DNA of 64,000 bases, from assembly GCA_965655095.1 (NCBI GenBank), contig OZ296658.1, positions 64,232,001 through 64,296,000 of the forward strand. The letters run 5' to 3'. Shown in pieces: positions 49,994 through 61,946 of this stretch. The notes beneath the pieces are model-generated. The model was not told the DNA's origin. It made no database searches and saw only the letters and a list, made by a program, of their open reading frames with translations. The position numbers and the translations under genes were made by a program. The number at the start of each line of letters is the position of its first letter. Position 1 is the stretch's first letter. The stretch is from Haplodiscus bocki (Eukaryota).

Positions 49994-52900
49994 CTATGGA
50001 AATCCCATTTGAAAAACTGGAGCGGCACTACGATCACGCCCACTCCGACGAGATTTCCCGCGGGAAGCTGGTGCTGCCAAGGCAGACCCAAAACTTGGGT
50101 CCTCTACTAAAGAACGCCTTGGGGGACTAGCTGGAGGACTTGAGACTTCGAACCTCCGTGGCAACTTCACTGGACTACGGGTGACCTTTCTCTTCCGCTT
50201 GCTGGAGGAAAAACTGATTTTGCTTGGCCCAGGAGGACCAACAGCAGGCGGAGCGACCGGCACGTACTCATAGCGCCCCTCCTCAACGACATCTGATATC
50301 TTCACCCCTGGCCTTGACGCTGTTTCACTCCGAAGGGTTCCACCGTGGTACCAGCGCTCACTTGTGTCCTTGGCAGTGCGACGGCGCAACACCACCCAAT
50401 CTCAACAGGCACACAACTCAGAAACGACCTGGCGCGCAGAGGCAGATTCAACAACACTCCATGGGGCATAAACAGGACTTGACGTACTGCTATCAGCGAT
50501 AGCAACAGATTCAGACGACATGGTCAAGCCTGTTTCAGAGAAGAAATTCCTCTGTGTGAAGTGCGGGCTCCGAACAAAGTCCTGCACACAAAGCAGGACA
50601 CCACGCACCTCCTCCTTCTCGCTGGCGACACGATCCAGACTGATGTTAAACTCCTCGCATTGCGTTGTAGACCCACGGATCACAAGCGTCGTCAACTGGA
50701 TCACCTGAAACAGAGAGCCTCACAGAAGGATGAGACAACTCAAAAACGGTGAAGCCACATTCCTAATTGGTTGCGATACATACTTTATACAGGTGCCGAC
50801 GAGCGCGAAAACCAGCCTGTTTAGAACAGAACGACAGGACGTCACCTACATCAGGGCGGCTCCTCGTGGACGACCGCTCCAGCTGCCGCTGTTCCTGCAC
50901 AAAGGACTGGTACTCAGACCGGCACGCCTCAACATCGCTCCCCGTGGTCCAACTTTTCTCCAGCAGCCCGTTCATGAGTTTGTTGAAGAGTTGTAAAGGA
51001 GCAACCTCGTCCCCACCAACCACAATTGGAGGACAGAAGCAACTTAAACCCTGTCCAATGACGGAGCGTGCAGCAACGGTTGACAGGATACAATTGACGA
51101 GATCTTCTAAAAACCGACGGGCATCACGACGGAAGTCTTTCTGCAGATAATGGCTACCGATTTTGCCTAATGCAGCCATAACACGAGTACCAACGAGATA
51201 GTTTTTGTCATCGATTCCTGGAAACCGAGAACGATTTGGGACAATGTATTCTTCCCATTGTTCTACAAGAGGCAATCATGACGCCTTCTTGGGTTTCTGC
51301 AACAAGCAGTACACAAATCGAGCCAACTCTCCAAAGGCGTCGTAACCCTCATCTGCTGCAGTGGAGGAGTAATCAAAATTTTTGGGCACTTGAAACAGAA
51401 GCATGTATCATAGACAGAGCGACCTTGAGTGCGCCCACCCATGCATTGCTATGATGCATAAAATCCACCCGAAAGCAAACATGGAATCATGGTGGAGCGG
51501 TACTAGTGTGTCCCCAGGGGAGGACTAGCAAATTTTCCCGGAACCACTTTGTACCCCCTTCAAATTACACGAGACAACAATATGTGGGACTACTTACAGA
51601 TTTCAAGAAGAAGATGCAGCAGACGGAACTTCATTCGCGCCATTTGGTCCATGTAAAAGTACCCGTCAATTCCCTTCTTCTGAAACACAACACAGCACAA
51701 TTAATACGGGTACGGGAAGTGCACTAACACAACCAAAAAACGGGAGACCTTACCACAAGACTATCGCCATCGTCTTTGCGTCCCGTCTCCTGCAAATAGG
51801 AGACAAACAAGGGCCAAACGCCAATGATGTTGAAGACAACGTCAACAAGATGAGGCATACTTAAGTCGTTGGTCAGGTTGGCCTTTTTCAGAGCGGGGCG
51901 AGAGGACATCCAATCACGCGTCTCAGCACCTTTCAACCGATTGATGATGAATTCGGTCATCGCAAGCCCGTCCAAACTCCCGAACACACTGGAAGCTGTC
52001 CGCTGTAGGCATCGTCTAAACAGCCGAAGACCGAAAACTGGGTAGTCAATGAGCTTCTGACGATACCCACTGCCCAGATATTTACAGAAGGCTTCTACAA
52101 GGATGGCCGAGCCACCGCTGATTGATGCCACCGAGAAGTCAAGCCCCAATGCATCCACCATCCGCCCCAATGCTGAAATTTCCTGATGAGGATCGCTGCT
52201 GTAGCAATCCAGCGTTGCCACACAAACTCTCTTAAAGATGTCTACGTCCCAAGTGCGAAGATACACCCGCACCTTGTCACCTTCCTGCTCAACTTCCACA
52301 CTGCAGCTCCCGTGTGATTTGGCCCAGTTGAAACAACGAGACAGAATCCGCGGATACATCCCATTCAGGATGATGGACTGAAACAGTAAACAAATTGGAT
52401 GCACACAGGCCACGTAGAATATACGGAGCAAAAGTATAACAACTAACCAAGACCTCGTCGCGTGACCACGTGACATCCACGTTTACACGAACGGCAGACA
52501 AAGTGAACTGCGCCCAGAGACTATAGACGAGCTCATAACTGCCACCCAGACGCAGCACTTCAATGAGGGATGAAACCTTAGCCATCACCCCAAGATTCGG
52601 GTCCACAGCACCAGTTTCGTCAACAATGACGTCCTCTGAGAATGGGTACTCCCAATCTCTCACGACCAAAGGAACCCTCATTATCTTCTCCCGTTGGCGC
52701 TCTACCTCTGCTGGACTCATGACGTTCTTCTCATAGTCAAGCACTTCCCAACCTATTGTCTCTAACCTCAAATGTTGGTCGCGCAGAAAGTGTTTGCTGC
52801 CCTGGAAGTGCCGCAAAATCTCGTGGTGACCATGAGTTAGCACTGACACGTCCTTACAACAAATCTTGCAATAAAGATGACTGGGTTTTGTCGCAACATC

Positions 52901-54376
52901 TGTGGGCCCAGTCGCAAAGAATCGCCCAACATCACTCGTTCCCCAAGGTCTCTTCATCTTATACGATTTCTTGGAACGTAACCGCCGCCGGGGCTCACCA
53001 ACATCGCTTTCGTCACCACTTGTGCCAGTGGTATCGCCCAACCGAGGAAGAGCACAGGATGGCTTCTGTTCCACCTGCTCCAGTCAACTCAAGACGTCAT
53101 CCAATCCTGTGAACAACAAGTTTGCGTGCAAAAGGTGGACAAAAAGGGAGAATTATGAGTGTTAGCAGGAAATTATGCTGAATTACACACAATACGAAGG
53201 AAAGAAAACAATATGTGCTGGCGAAAGAAACAACACTATCTCGTCACAATGGAGTCAAGAATTTGCACCCGCTCCTCAGCACACACAGAACGACACGGAC
53301 TCACCAGCTGGTGACCGGTCGCATTGATGGGCGTAATAGCAGGATCCGCGGAAAAGTGGTCTAAAACAAAACAATGAAAATGAGGAACCGAATGGGACGC
53401 CACTATGAAATTCCTCAATTTGAATGATACCTACCATCGTCGGAAGCCTGCTCCAGCAGTGGCCAATTGTGGTCCCGACCCGAAAAGTCTATTGATGCTG
53501 ACGCACTTCGCGCCAGAGGCACCAAACGACGAGAGATTCTGGCAATTCTTGATCTCCTCTGTCTCCGTGTTTCAGCCTCTGTTGAGATGTCGCCTTCTCC
53601 AAATTCAACTATTGAGACTTCAATTGGACCTAAAATCAAAAAGAGATGAGACTGACCCAAATCTCCTCTAATACAACACGTAGAACAATACATACTTGAC
53701 TCGTAACCCATGGGAGCATGTACTGTGGCGCCAACACCGTCCTCGCATGACGTGCGCCCAACCTCGAATTCGGTCCCGGAATAACCGGGAGCACAAGAGT
53801 CACTAAATTCTGGATGACCAGCAGGTTCACCAGATGAATCAAACACTGAAACAAAACAGCCCCATGTTGCCTTCTTCATGAGGAGGCGCGCGCTGATTAC
53901 TAGCTTATGGAACATATGAGAGGCCAGCAAATTATTTCCAGCAAACCAAAAGCTAATGAGATACGAAGGAAAAAAACTCACGTGTAGGCAAACGAGATGT
54001 GTCAACAACACCCTCTGCCAAAGTCTCCACTGACAAGTTCGCACGTGCCAGCGCATCAGCAAAAGTCCAGCCCTCAGACTCCGCACCACCCACTGCAGTA
54101 ATCCCGCTCAAAATGTCGACAAAACTATCATTGTCATCTGCTTCTCCTTCAAGATGACGTACAGCACCCTCCTCGCCAGAAACAGGACTCGGGAATTCCC
54201 CAAAGCACTCTTCGCCTTCTTCCACAGCCGCAGAGACTCCAGGCTCCAGGAACAACACGAACATTTGGAGCCAAACTCACCGTTGATGTAGTCTCATCAA
54301 TAGCCAATTCCCCCTCAGCTGAACCTGACACACCCTCATTGACAAGGGTGGCCACTCTACCCTCAGAACTAGCCAT
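49994..54376 (-). pseudogene. multi-exon Zn-finger, hAT-transposase-like gene (this copy has in-frame stops)
   Basis: Phase-consistent short GT-AG introns (53981-53846, 53695-53630, 53434-53361, 52447-52378, 51753-51680, 50783-50705); BED-like finger YCKICCKDVSV..HG..EI.RH...KH; hAT-core-like VYLRTWD; hAT-dimerisation-like HLYKVIQLTTLVIRGSTTQCEEFNISL; KRKRK NLS; TGA at 50402-50404 and ~53084. Confidence 0.55.
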
Positions 54377-54775
54377 TCGAACTTGGTGCAAGACGTGGCT
54401 ATTAAGTTTTACATGGTGGATTTACATATTCATTCATAAAATTCTAATTATTTTATTCAAAAGTCTGATTAATTTGTCTGCCAGCAAGGACGTCAGCATG
54501 TATTTTCAAGGACACTTTGAGGAACCATACTCAAATGTTCCTTAAGTTTAGAGACTCCATTCCTGAGATTTGTTTACATCTCATCAACTTCAACTGCACT
54601 CTTGACTTCCTACATTCAATGATACTGAGCAGCGGCGCGGGAACATCAAACGAAATCCCGCTTCAGGAAAGTGGATTCGCAATACCCGCAGTACCGATCA
54701 CTCTACCAATCTTCTTCCATTGAAATCAGCTGCTTCGATCAGATAACTTAATTTTCAAATTTCACAACCCTCAAG

Positions 54776-55432
54776 ATGGCATCTAATTCATCACTGAATT
54801 CGACTGACTCTGATGTTTTTTATGTGGAACAATCATCCAATGACCAAAGCATACCCAAACCCAATACGCCGATTGTTCTCAAATCCACAGAAATATCAGT
54901 TGACGATACCCGAGAAATGATCTCTATATCATCAATTGCATCGCCTGAACCACAGATTGTGACAATCGATGACGACTCAAATGAGCCCACAATGCCATAT
55001 GGTTTTGGACGGTAGTTTCCAATTGTTCCCCCAAACCTGAACAACTTGAACCTGCCGCCCAATCCTTTTAACAACCTGGCAACGATGGCAATAGCAAATA
55101 ATACCGAAAATGATTACGATAACAGTTATAGCCCGGAATCACCTGAGCCGTCAGAACCGTCCCCAATATCCACGCCCCCAATGAACGTGAGTGCCTTCAA
55201 CAGCTGGGAGACCTCTTACACAACCACTGACGACGACACATTTCACTCAAGCGTGGAACCCCGATGGAAATATTTCCTTCCTCCAAGTCCCTCCGCGAAG
55301 GCAGAAAAGAAGATTGAGCCTACGAATGTCCTTTCCAAAACAAGGGGGGGAGTGTCGCAGCACATCTGCGAAGCCTACAGTCAGACGATCCCCTCAGCAA
55401 AGGACACCCCAGGCCCATCAAACAGAGATTAA
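54776..55432 (+). pseudogene. Ser/Pro/Thr-rich accessory ORF of an LTR element (one premature TAG), running through the PPT into the LTR
   Basis: ORFs 54776-55015 and 55046-55432 are in the same frame; low-complexity, disordered composition. Confidence 0.55.
55337..55352 (+). promoter_or_regulatory. polypurine tract preceding an LTR start (TGTCGC at 55353)
   Basis: AAAACAAGGGGGGGAG followed directly by TGT. Confidence 0.6.
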
Positions 55433-55870
55433 AACTGTAAAGACAATCAAACGTACTCATGAACTTTATTTGCATCATTTATTAATTAATTTATATTTAA
55501 GGATACGTAGTAGATACGTATGCACCTAGTACGTACACATGTAATTTATGTAGAGGATACGTGATAGTTACGTATCGTCCCATAATATTTATTTCATTTA
55601 AAAAGCACGTATCCGATACGTGTAATTCTGGTGAACTGATCCTTATTGGGACGGAATAGATGCGGAGCAAACGAATGTTCACTGTAATTTTATATTAATT
55701 TTAGGTGCTGTTTTATATAATTATTCTAGATAATTATTGTATAAATCCACCTTTTTGATTGTGCAGTAATCTATTTAGATTGACAGCTTTAACAAGTTTT
55801 CAATAGTTTAACTATTAGAACAGAGCTTGACTTTAAAAGTGAATATTTGTTCCGTATGTGTTCCGTCGTA

Positions 55871-55973
55871 ACCAATCTGGTGACGTCACTAGAATTTCAG
55901 CCAATCCGCTGTGCTACTACGCTGTTTCAATTTGGACGGACACGGGACGTCTACGTAGCCTCCAGACTCATTC
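55871..55973 (+). promoter_or_regulatory. LTR promoter: CCAAT - CRE - CCAAT - Inr
   Basis: CCAAT 55872-76, TGACGTCA 55881-88, CCAAT 55901-05, TCATTC (Inr-like TCAKTY) 55968-73. Confidence 0.5.
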
Positions 55974-56688
55974 TCCTCAGTAGCACTGCGGAAGGCAGTG
56001 CTACAAGCGGTTACGTGGCCGCCACGGAACGCTCCGGCCGAAGTGAGGCCTGAGCTGGTAGAAACGTGGAACGGGCTAGGAAATACGCCTAGTTTGTTTC
56101 AAATAGTGGTTTTACTTGATGCAGCATGTAATCATGAATCTCTTTATAGTATAAACCTCATTTCTCCATACTTCAGAATATTTCTTTTCACTTGTATTAT
56201 AGTTTTTATTCCCTGTATGGAAATATCTTTGATCATTTGTTTTTGTTTTTATTTATTATGTTGGCGCGGGAATAACCACTTTGATGTCCATTTCCGACGG
56301 ATCGGATCGTACTTTTTCCTGTCGAAAGAAGGAAAAGACGCGGTCCGTGAGGGAAGAAATGGACGGAGAGGTGTTCATTTCCCGCCAGAGTCGGCATCTT
56401 TCCCTTTGATAAATAATATGATTAAAGTACTTTTCCCTATTTGTACCTTGATCTGGCGAGTAAACAATTATGTTTCCCGCCAAGGAAAGGTATAAATAGG
56501 AGAAATGAAAATATATTTATTTCTATAAAATATTGCGACTTTGAGTATTGTAACTCTCTTTGAAATCACCTTCTTTGACTGTTTGGACCGTGGAAACTTT
56601 ATTCCCTCAGATTTAGAGGAGACTTTTATTAATACAAGAAAAGATAAATTCTGTCTTAACCACTGACAAAATTTTTCCGTCAAGAAGT

Positions 56689-57275
56689 ATGGCAACATTG
56701 AGAAACAAGAGAAAATTAGCGGCAGTTTCAAGAGAAACGCCTGAAGGCAGGAGATGCAGTAGAGGACAGAATGTACTTGACCCTGAATTAACCCAAGATT
56801 ACATCTCCCAGGTCTCCGAGGAGATTGAGGGGAGGGTAACCAAGAAACTCTCTAAGGAGTTTAGCAGAACGGAGTCACGTATCTTGGGTGCCTTGTCGAA
56901 ACTTGACGAGTTCCTTCTGAACCCACAAGTTCGGACTTGTTCCGTAGCTGTTCAAGAACGTCCAGAAACGCTAATTCAGAAAACTCGCTCCTCAGATAAT
57001 CCCTATCCCAAAATTGGGGTCTTTTCCTCATCACTCTGGCCAACTCAATAGCCCAGAGACTGAAACCAACCCTCACATGGTGACAGGAGCTACAGAAGAA
57101 TTTCGTCAGCACCCTCACATGATGACAGCAACTCAAGAAGAGATTCGCTACTGCTCCCATACGACTTCGTCAGGCAAACAAAAGAAGGCGCGCTCCACAA
57201 GTCAACCTCAATTTCGCAGTGAGAATAATCCTGCGACAATTGAGGCAGACCAGATTTTGTTGGCCCTTCAGCAAA
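56689..57275 (+). pseudogene. gag-like N-terminus, frameshifted and truncated
   Basis: MATLRNKRK...QVSEEIEGRVTKKLSKEFSRTESRILGALSKLDEFL coiled coil continuing into ...QILLALQQ in a second frame, then an abrupt switch to unrelated sequence. Confidence 0.5.
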
Positions 57276-58927
57276 TTGGCGACTTGGTCTCAGCTATTTC
57301 CTTTAGTGTCGTGGTCTGCAGTCTCAAAGTGAAGTCAAGTTGGAATGTCAGTTCCAGTCTGCGATCACGTTTTGGTTTCCGAGATGATGAGTTTTGCACC
57401 GTGGGTCGTTATTTTAAGGCGTTTTTGAATAGCCCTGCGGAAACCGTCGAAAAAAGCTTGTTGTGAGTCCGAATCCAAAAATTATTCAAACTTTTGATTT
57501 CCTGTGGAGATTTTGTAGTTTTATTTGATTTTGATTGCGTGAAAACTGCTTCTTAATAGGTTTTCCCCTATTTTGAAACGATGGTCCTCAGAAGTTTGTC
57601 CCCGGTGTCTGTCTCTGCTTTGCGTGGCCATGTCTTGTACGAGGTTTTAGGTTGTCAGGTCACAAGTTGTGAGCTGCGATTTTCCTGAGGCAAGTTACGC
57701 TAGCTCGTGGGGACGCAATTTTTCAAGGCTAATCAAATGGGTGGGCGTGGTATTACTGATCTTCAGGCTGTCTTCGCGTTGGAAGATTTTTTTGGATGCC
57801 ATAGAAAAGGTAGATAGCATAGCAAACAAACCATAAACCGTTCTGGTTTCTCTCAGGGTCAATTCAATGTACTTTTGCCCCTCTTCCACAACAGCGTTGT
57901 CCACGTCAACTATCTGACACTATTTTCATTAGATTTAATTCAGTGAACATGGATGCTCTACATTATGCTTCAGTGTGCAGTCCTACTTCTCCCAAGTTCT
58001 TCCTTGTACAATCGGACTCCAAGGAGACTAATTTGCTCCAAGATTTGGAAACGACGAGCCCACTGGCCAGTCTTGTCCAATTTGGTGGGATTATGATTGA
58101 AGTGGCCTTCATACTTTATGTGTTTCTCACTTTTTCCACTACAAATGGATTTGATCCCAATATTTTCGCGATACCTTCTGTTCCTTGCGTGAGCCTTGGT
58201 CGTTCGGAGAAAAAGATTTTTGTGAGCGGGTTTCGGATGTACACAATATCGTGTGTTTTTTGTCAATTTGGAAGCACAGTTTTCAGTATGCCATAGCATT
58301 TTTCTACCTCAGCTTTTTTTTGTCGCCTCTCTGAAGCGTTTTTGTTTTTGTTCATCTGAGAGTTTCAGGAAAGGATGTGTTTTTGAAAATTTTTAGCTGC
58401 TGTTCCTGATGAGTCTTCCACTTATTCTCTGCAATTTTTGAGGTAGGTAGAGATGTTATTTGTTGGGGTTTTGCGCGGTTGTGGCGTGTGTTCTGATGGT
58501 GAAGCATCTTGCGGGGTTTGAGTCGTTTTTGAGGCAACAGTTTTGAGTGACGAGAATGGAAAAGCTGCTCATCGGGTCAGGGGCCTGATTCATATCTTTT
58601 ATCAACAGTTTGTCGTGCATCGACGCCGCCTTTACTCCCGATCCTTGTCTTGAAGATGGGAGAAGTTTGTGAGGCCTTTGTTTCTTCCTCCAAGTAGATG
58701 CCGAAATCGTTTGGCATGAGAATAAAAGAGATCTTGTCGTTTTCGTCATCAATTAGGTCAGGAATGTCCACGAGCTTGACGTGGTGGTTTTTCTTGCTCA
58801 TATCCACATCTTTTTGACACCTGGTTTGCGAGGGATGAATTACCGCAACTTTTAGATCATGGCCTTCCAATATCTTTTCCCTTGGAACCTTGGTCTTGAA
58901 TATTCTTGCCTCCGCTTAGCTGTTTGC

Positions 58928-58931
<4 letters not shown>

Positions 58932-58995
<64 letters not shown>
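58932..58995. repeat. (TC)n microsatellite, ~32 units
   Basis: Direct observation. Confidence 0.98.
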
Positions 58996-58999
<4 letters not shown>

Positions 59000-59489
59000 C
59001 TGGCTCCTCAGCGCAGTTCGTGATAATCCTTCTGGCTTCTAGATGCACGACAAGGGCTAGAACCGTTTTAAATTCACTCGCGTCAGTTAGCCTTTGCCTG
59101 CCAGCCTGTCTAGTTCCCTGTTGGTTTCAAGTTGACACTGTTTTTTTGCTAAGTTTGATTAGAACTGTTCTGTAATGACAGCTTTGTTGTGCCCTCGTCG
59201 TAGTTTTGCAAAATACTGTGCTTGGATCCCATATTAGGGCTTGTGTTTGCTGATTTCAGTTGGTCTTCTTGGATTCATTATATTTGCAAAGTGTTACGTT
59301 GGGTTGAAAAAGCCACGAAAAGCAGTCAGTGATTTTACATCTTCATGCGTCTTGATCTTGAAGATACAGGCATCATTTCAGGGCGTGGTACAGATACCGG
59401 GCTATTTGGATGGCAAGTTAGAAAATCCAAGCCTAGAATACAGCTTCGCTGGAAAAGTAAAAATTTGGTGACATGCGGATGGCACATGA

Positions 59490-59660
59490 ATAAGACAGTA
59501 TATTCCGGAATTGCCAGTAACCTCGCTTCGCTCGCTTAGTAACAAATCCTTAGCATACTCGCTCGCTCATTCGCTTCGCTCATTCACCGGCTCGTTCGCA
59601 TTCCGCTCACTCACCTCTGGCTTATATTATTGCTCATCTCTATCGAGCTTCGCCTGTTTT
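59490..59660 (-). mobile_element. Helentron-type terminus with repeated CGCTTCGCTC motifs
   Basis: Palindrome ATTCCGGAAT (59502-59511) next to CTCGCTTCGCTCG (59522-59534); several degenerate copies follow. Confidence 0.5.
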
Positions 59661-60160
59661 TTCTCCACCATACAAATGCATGATAACAAGTATATATAAA
59701 TCCACATTTATGGGAACATAGAATTAACAAAAAAATTGCACGTGCACTTTTACATTGTCAGCGAGACGGTGTTATTCAACTATGTCGACATAATACAATA
59801 CACGAGACTGAAAAATTCACCACTCCTAACGATGTATAATTATTTTAGTTTCTCTACTTGTATACTGCCTCCTATAGCCTAGTGGTAAATGTAACATCGA
59901 CTAAAGTTAAAACTATGCTTTATTGGTAGTCACAGTGTTTGGGATTCACTGTTAGCCAACGTCCTCCAGTCTTTGTCAACATCATGCACAAAAGCTATAT
60001 GTAGGAACTGTCTTTATCTTGAAGCTAGAATGAGTTGACTAGATCGATGGGAAACTCTGCCAGGAATGCGCACTCGGATATGCTAGAAATAGTAGATTCG
60101 AAAGTTGGCCAGTGGAGTTTTTGTTTAATTCTGTCATGTTAACAACTTTTGCTTAAACAC

Positions 60161-60775
60161 GTAGAGATTAAAAAATTTTAAGCTGGCTTGACGTGTGATA
60201 TATCATTCGATAGCCTTTTAAGAAAATAGTTTACCCTGAAAATTTCAACTTCGTATCTTTTATAATCTTTGAGAAAATTGACCAAATCAGTATTGTGAAC
60301 ACCTCTTGCGTAAATATGTACAGATTATCAAATTTTGAGCTATAATCTTAGGTAGTTTATCATTCGATAGCCCAATAAAAATTAGGCTACCCCGAAAATT
60401 TCATCTGTGTATCTATTATATTCTTCGAGAAAATTGACAAAATCAGTATTGTTTACAAGTCGTGCTTAAACATGTAGAGATTATAAACTTTTAACCCACA
60501 ACAAAGTGTGATATATCATCTGATAGCCATTAAAAAATTAGTTCACCCTGAAATTTTCAACCCTCTATCTGTTATAATCTTCGGGAAAAATGACGAATTC
60601 AGTAAATGTCAACATACATTAAACATGTCGAGAAGTTAAAGTCTTGAGCTACATCAAAGTCTGATATATCATTCAGTAGCCCATCGAAAATTAGTTATCC
60701 ATGAAATTTTGAACTATGTATCTATTACCATTATCGGGAATCTGACGAATTCAGAAAATGTAGAGATTATAAAAC
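60161..60775. repeat. tandem array of ~155-bp units (4 copies)
   Basis: Units start at 60161, 60318, 60474 and 60627 (next start 60760); shared gtagagatta, tatcattcgatagc, aaatttca, gagaaaattgac. Confidence 0.85.
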
Positions 60776-61322
60776 GAAAAAAGGTTTACAAATTAGTATT
60801 TGTACAAAAATAAGGATAATTATAATATTATTCATATCTGCATAGGTGGTATTATACTATATCAACATTGTGGATTATTATATAAATGCCATTTGCGACA
60901 TGCAAAATGGAAAGGATTTCTTCTATCGTTGCAAAAAGTTTCCTAAAAAGTTGTCGATGCATTATTGGTATTCGTAATTTTAAAAGAGAATTATTATTTA
61001 ATCACTTTAACCTTTGTTAGTTTTTCCTCAGACAACATAAGCAAAATATATTCCATCAAAATATTTAAATCATCTTTGTTATCTTCATTATCAGAATGAA
61101 ACTTTTCTATCATATGATTAATATGTGTTAGTATTTTTAATAAACTTATCACACTTTTGATTCTCTTTCTCGATAATAATTAATTAAATATTTTCGCAAT
61201 TCTCCAAACTTTTCAACACTTCCATTATTATCACAACCATTTACCTCAAGTATATCAATAAATTTGAAAAATGATTCAATCGTTTTCATTTATATACTAA
61301 AAAACTGAAAGACTTTTTCTAT

Positions 61323-61872
61323 TCAAACACAATAACTTTCAAATTTTCTATTGAGAGGATGTCTCCAATTACGATCAAATTTATTGATAAAATTTTTGTT
61401 TTTGTTAATCATAGCATTTTAGTTCCATTCAATGGCATGCATATTATGTTTGATATCGAAATTGTATGAAATATCCATTTTATGTGCTATTGTTATAGTA
61501 TTCTTTTCTACTATATGATTGAAATTATATCCTTTATAATTATATCTTTAAAATCATAGATTATTTTTCGGAAAAATTTGACCAAGAGATCATTGTTTTT
61601 TTATCGGATAATTTAGATGTCACATATGGACAATACTGATAATCATTAAAAACTAATATAAATCGACATTTCACAAGATATTAATCAAATTTTTTATTGT
61701 GTTCGATAATGTATAAACAAAACGCCTCTTCTACGTCGCTTATGTCAATATCTTTGAGAGATAATAGTATATGTTTCCACTTTTCAAATTTTTTGTGAAT
61801 ATTTGATTTGAAATGCTTAATTTTACTTCGGGGTTTGATATATTTATCACATACTTCACAATAGTAATCAAT
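61323..61872 (-). pseudogene. C2H2/U1-like zinc-finger protein pseudogene (Polinton-like cluster)
   Basis: DYYCEVCDKYIKPRSKIKHFKSNIH; start codon mutated (ATT) and internal stops. Confidence 0.55.
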
Positions 61873-61946
61873 TTATACAATAGGATTTGTAACACATGCA
61901 ATTATACGAGTAGTTGATCATATTCGAATAAGTGTAGTTATTTTTA

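Larger units (their letters stand above)
54395..57275 (+). mobile_element. Ty3/Gypsy-like LTR retrotransposon segment: 3' internal region, PPT, LTR/leader, gag N-terminus
   Basis: PPT+TG, promoter boxes and a gag-like ORF from 56689; no pol seen; LTR 3' end and PBS not identified. Confidence 0.55.

Noticed and set aside
49740-50130. ORFs containing long X runs
   Set aside because: Artefacts of the 200-N gap; adjacency across the gap is also unverified.
50402-53090. In-frame TGA codons as selenocysteine or readthrough
   Set aside because: Both are simply explained as TGG>TGA decay, other lesions exist near 51450-51560, and no SECIS was recognised.
56023-56070. Hammerhead ribozyme
   Set aside because: GAAAC is present but the CTGANGA core is missing (CTGAGCT); kept only as a generic structured-RNA candidate.
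58857-59175. ORFs with (ER)n / (LS)n repeats
   Set aside because: Translations of the (TC)n microsatellite.
57280-59480. Minus-strand ORF fragments (LINE-like?)
   Set aside because: Probably a decayed retroelement, but no diagnostic motif could be confirmed.
60161-60775. CRISPR array
   Set aside because: Whole ~155-bp units are repeated with no unique spacers, there are no cas genes, and the context is eukaryotic.
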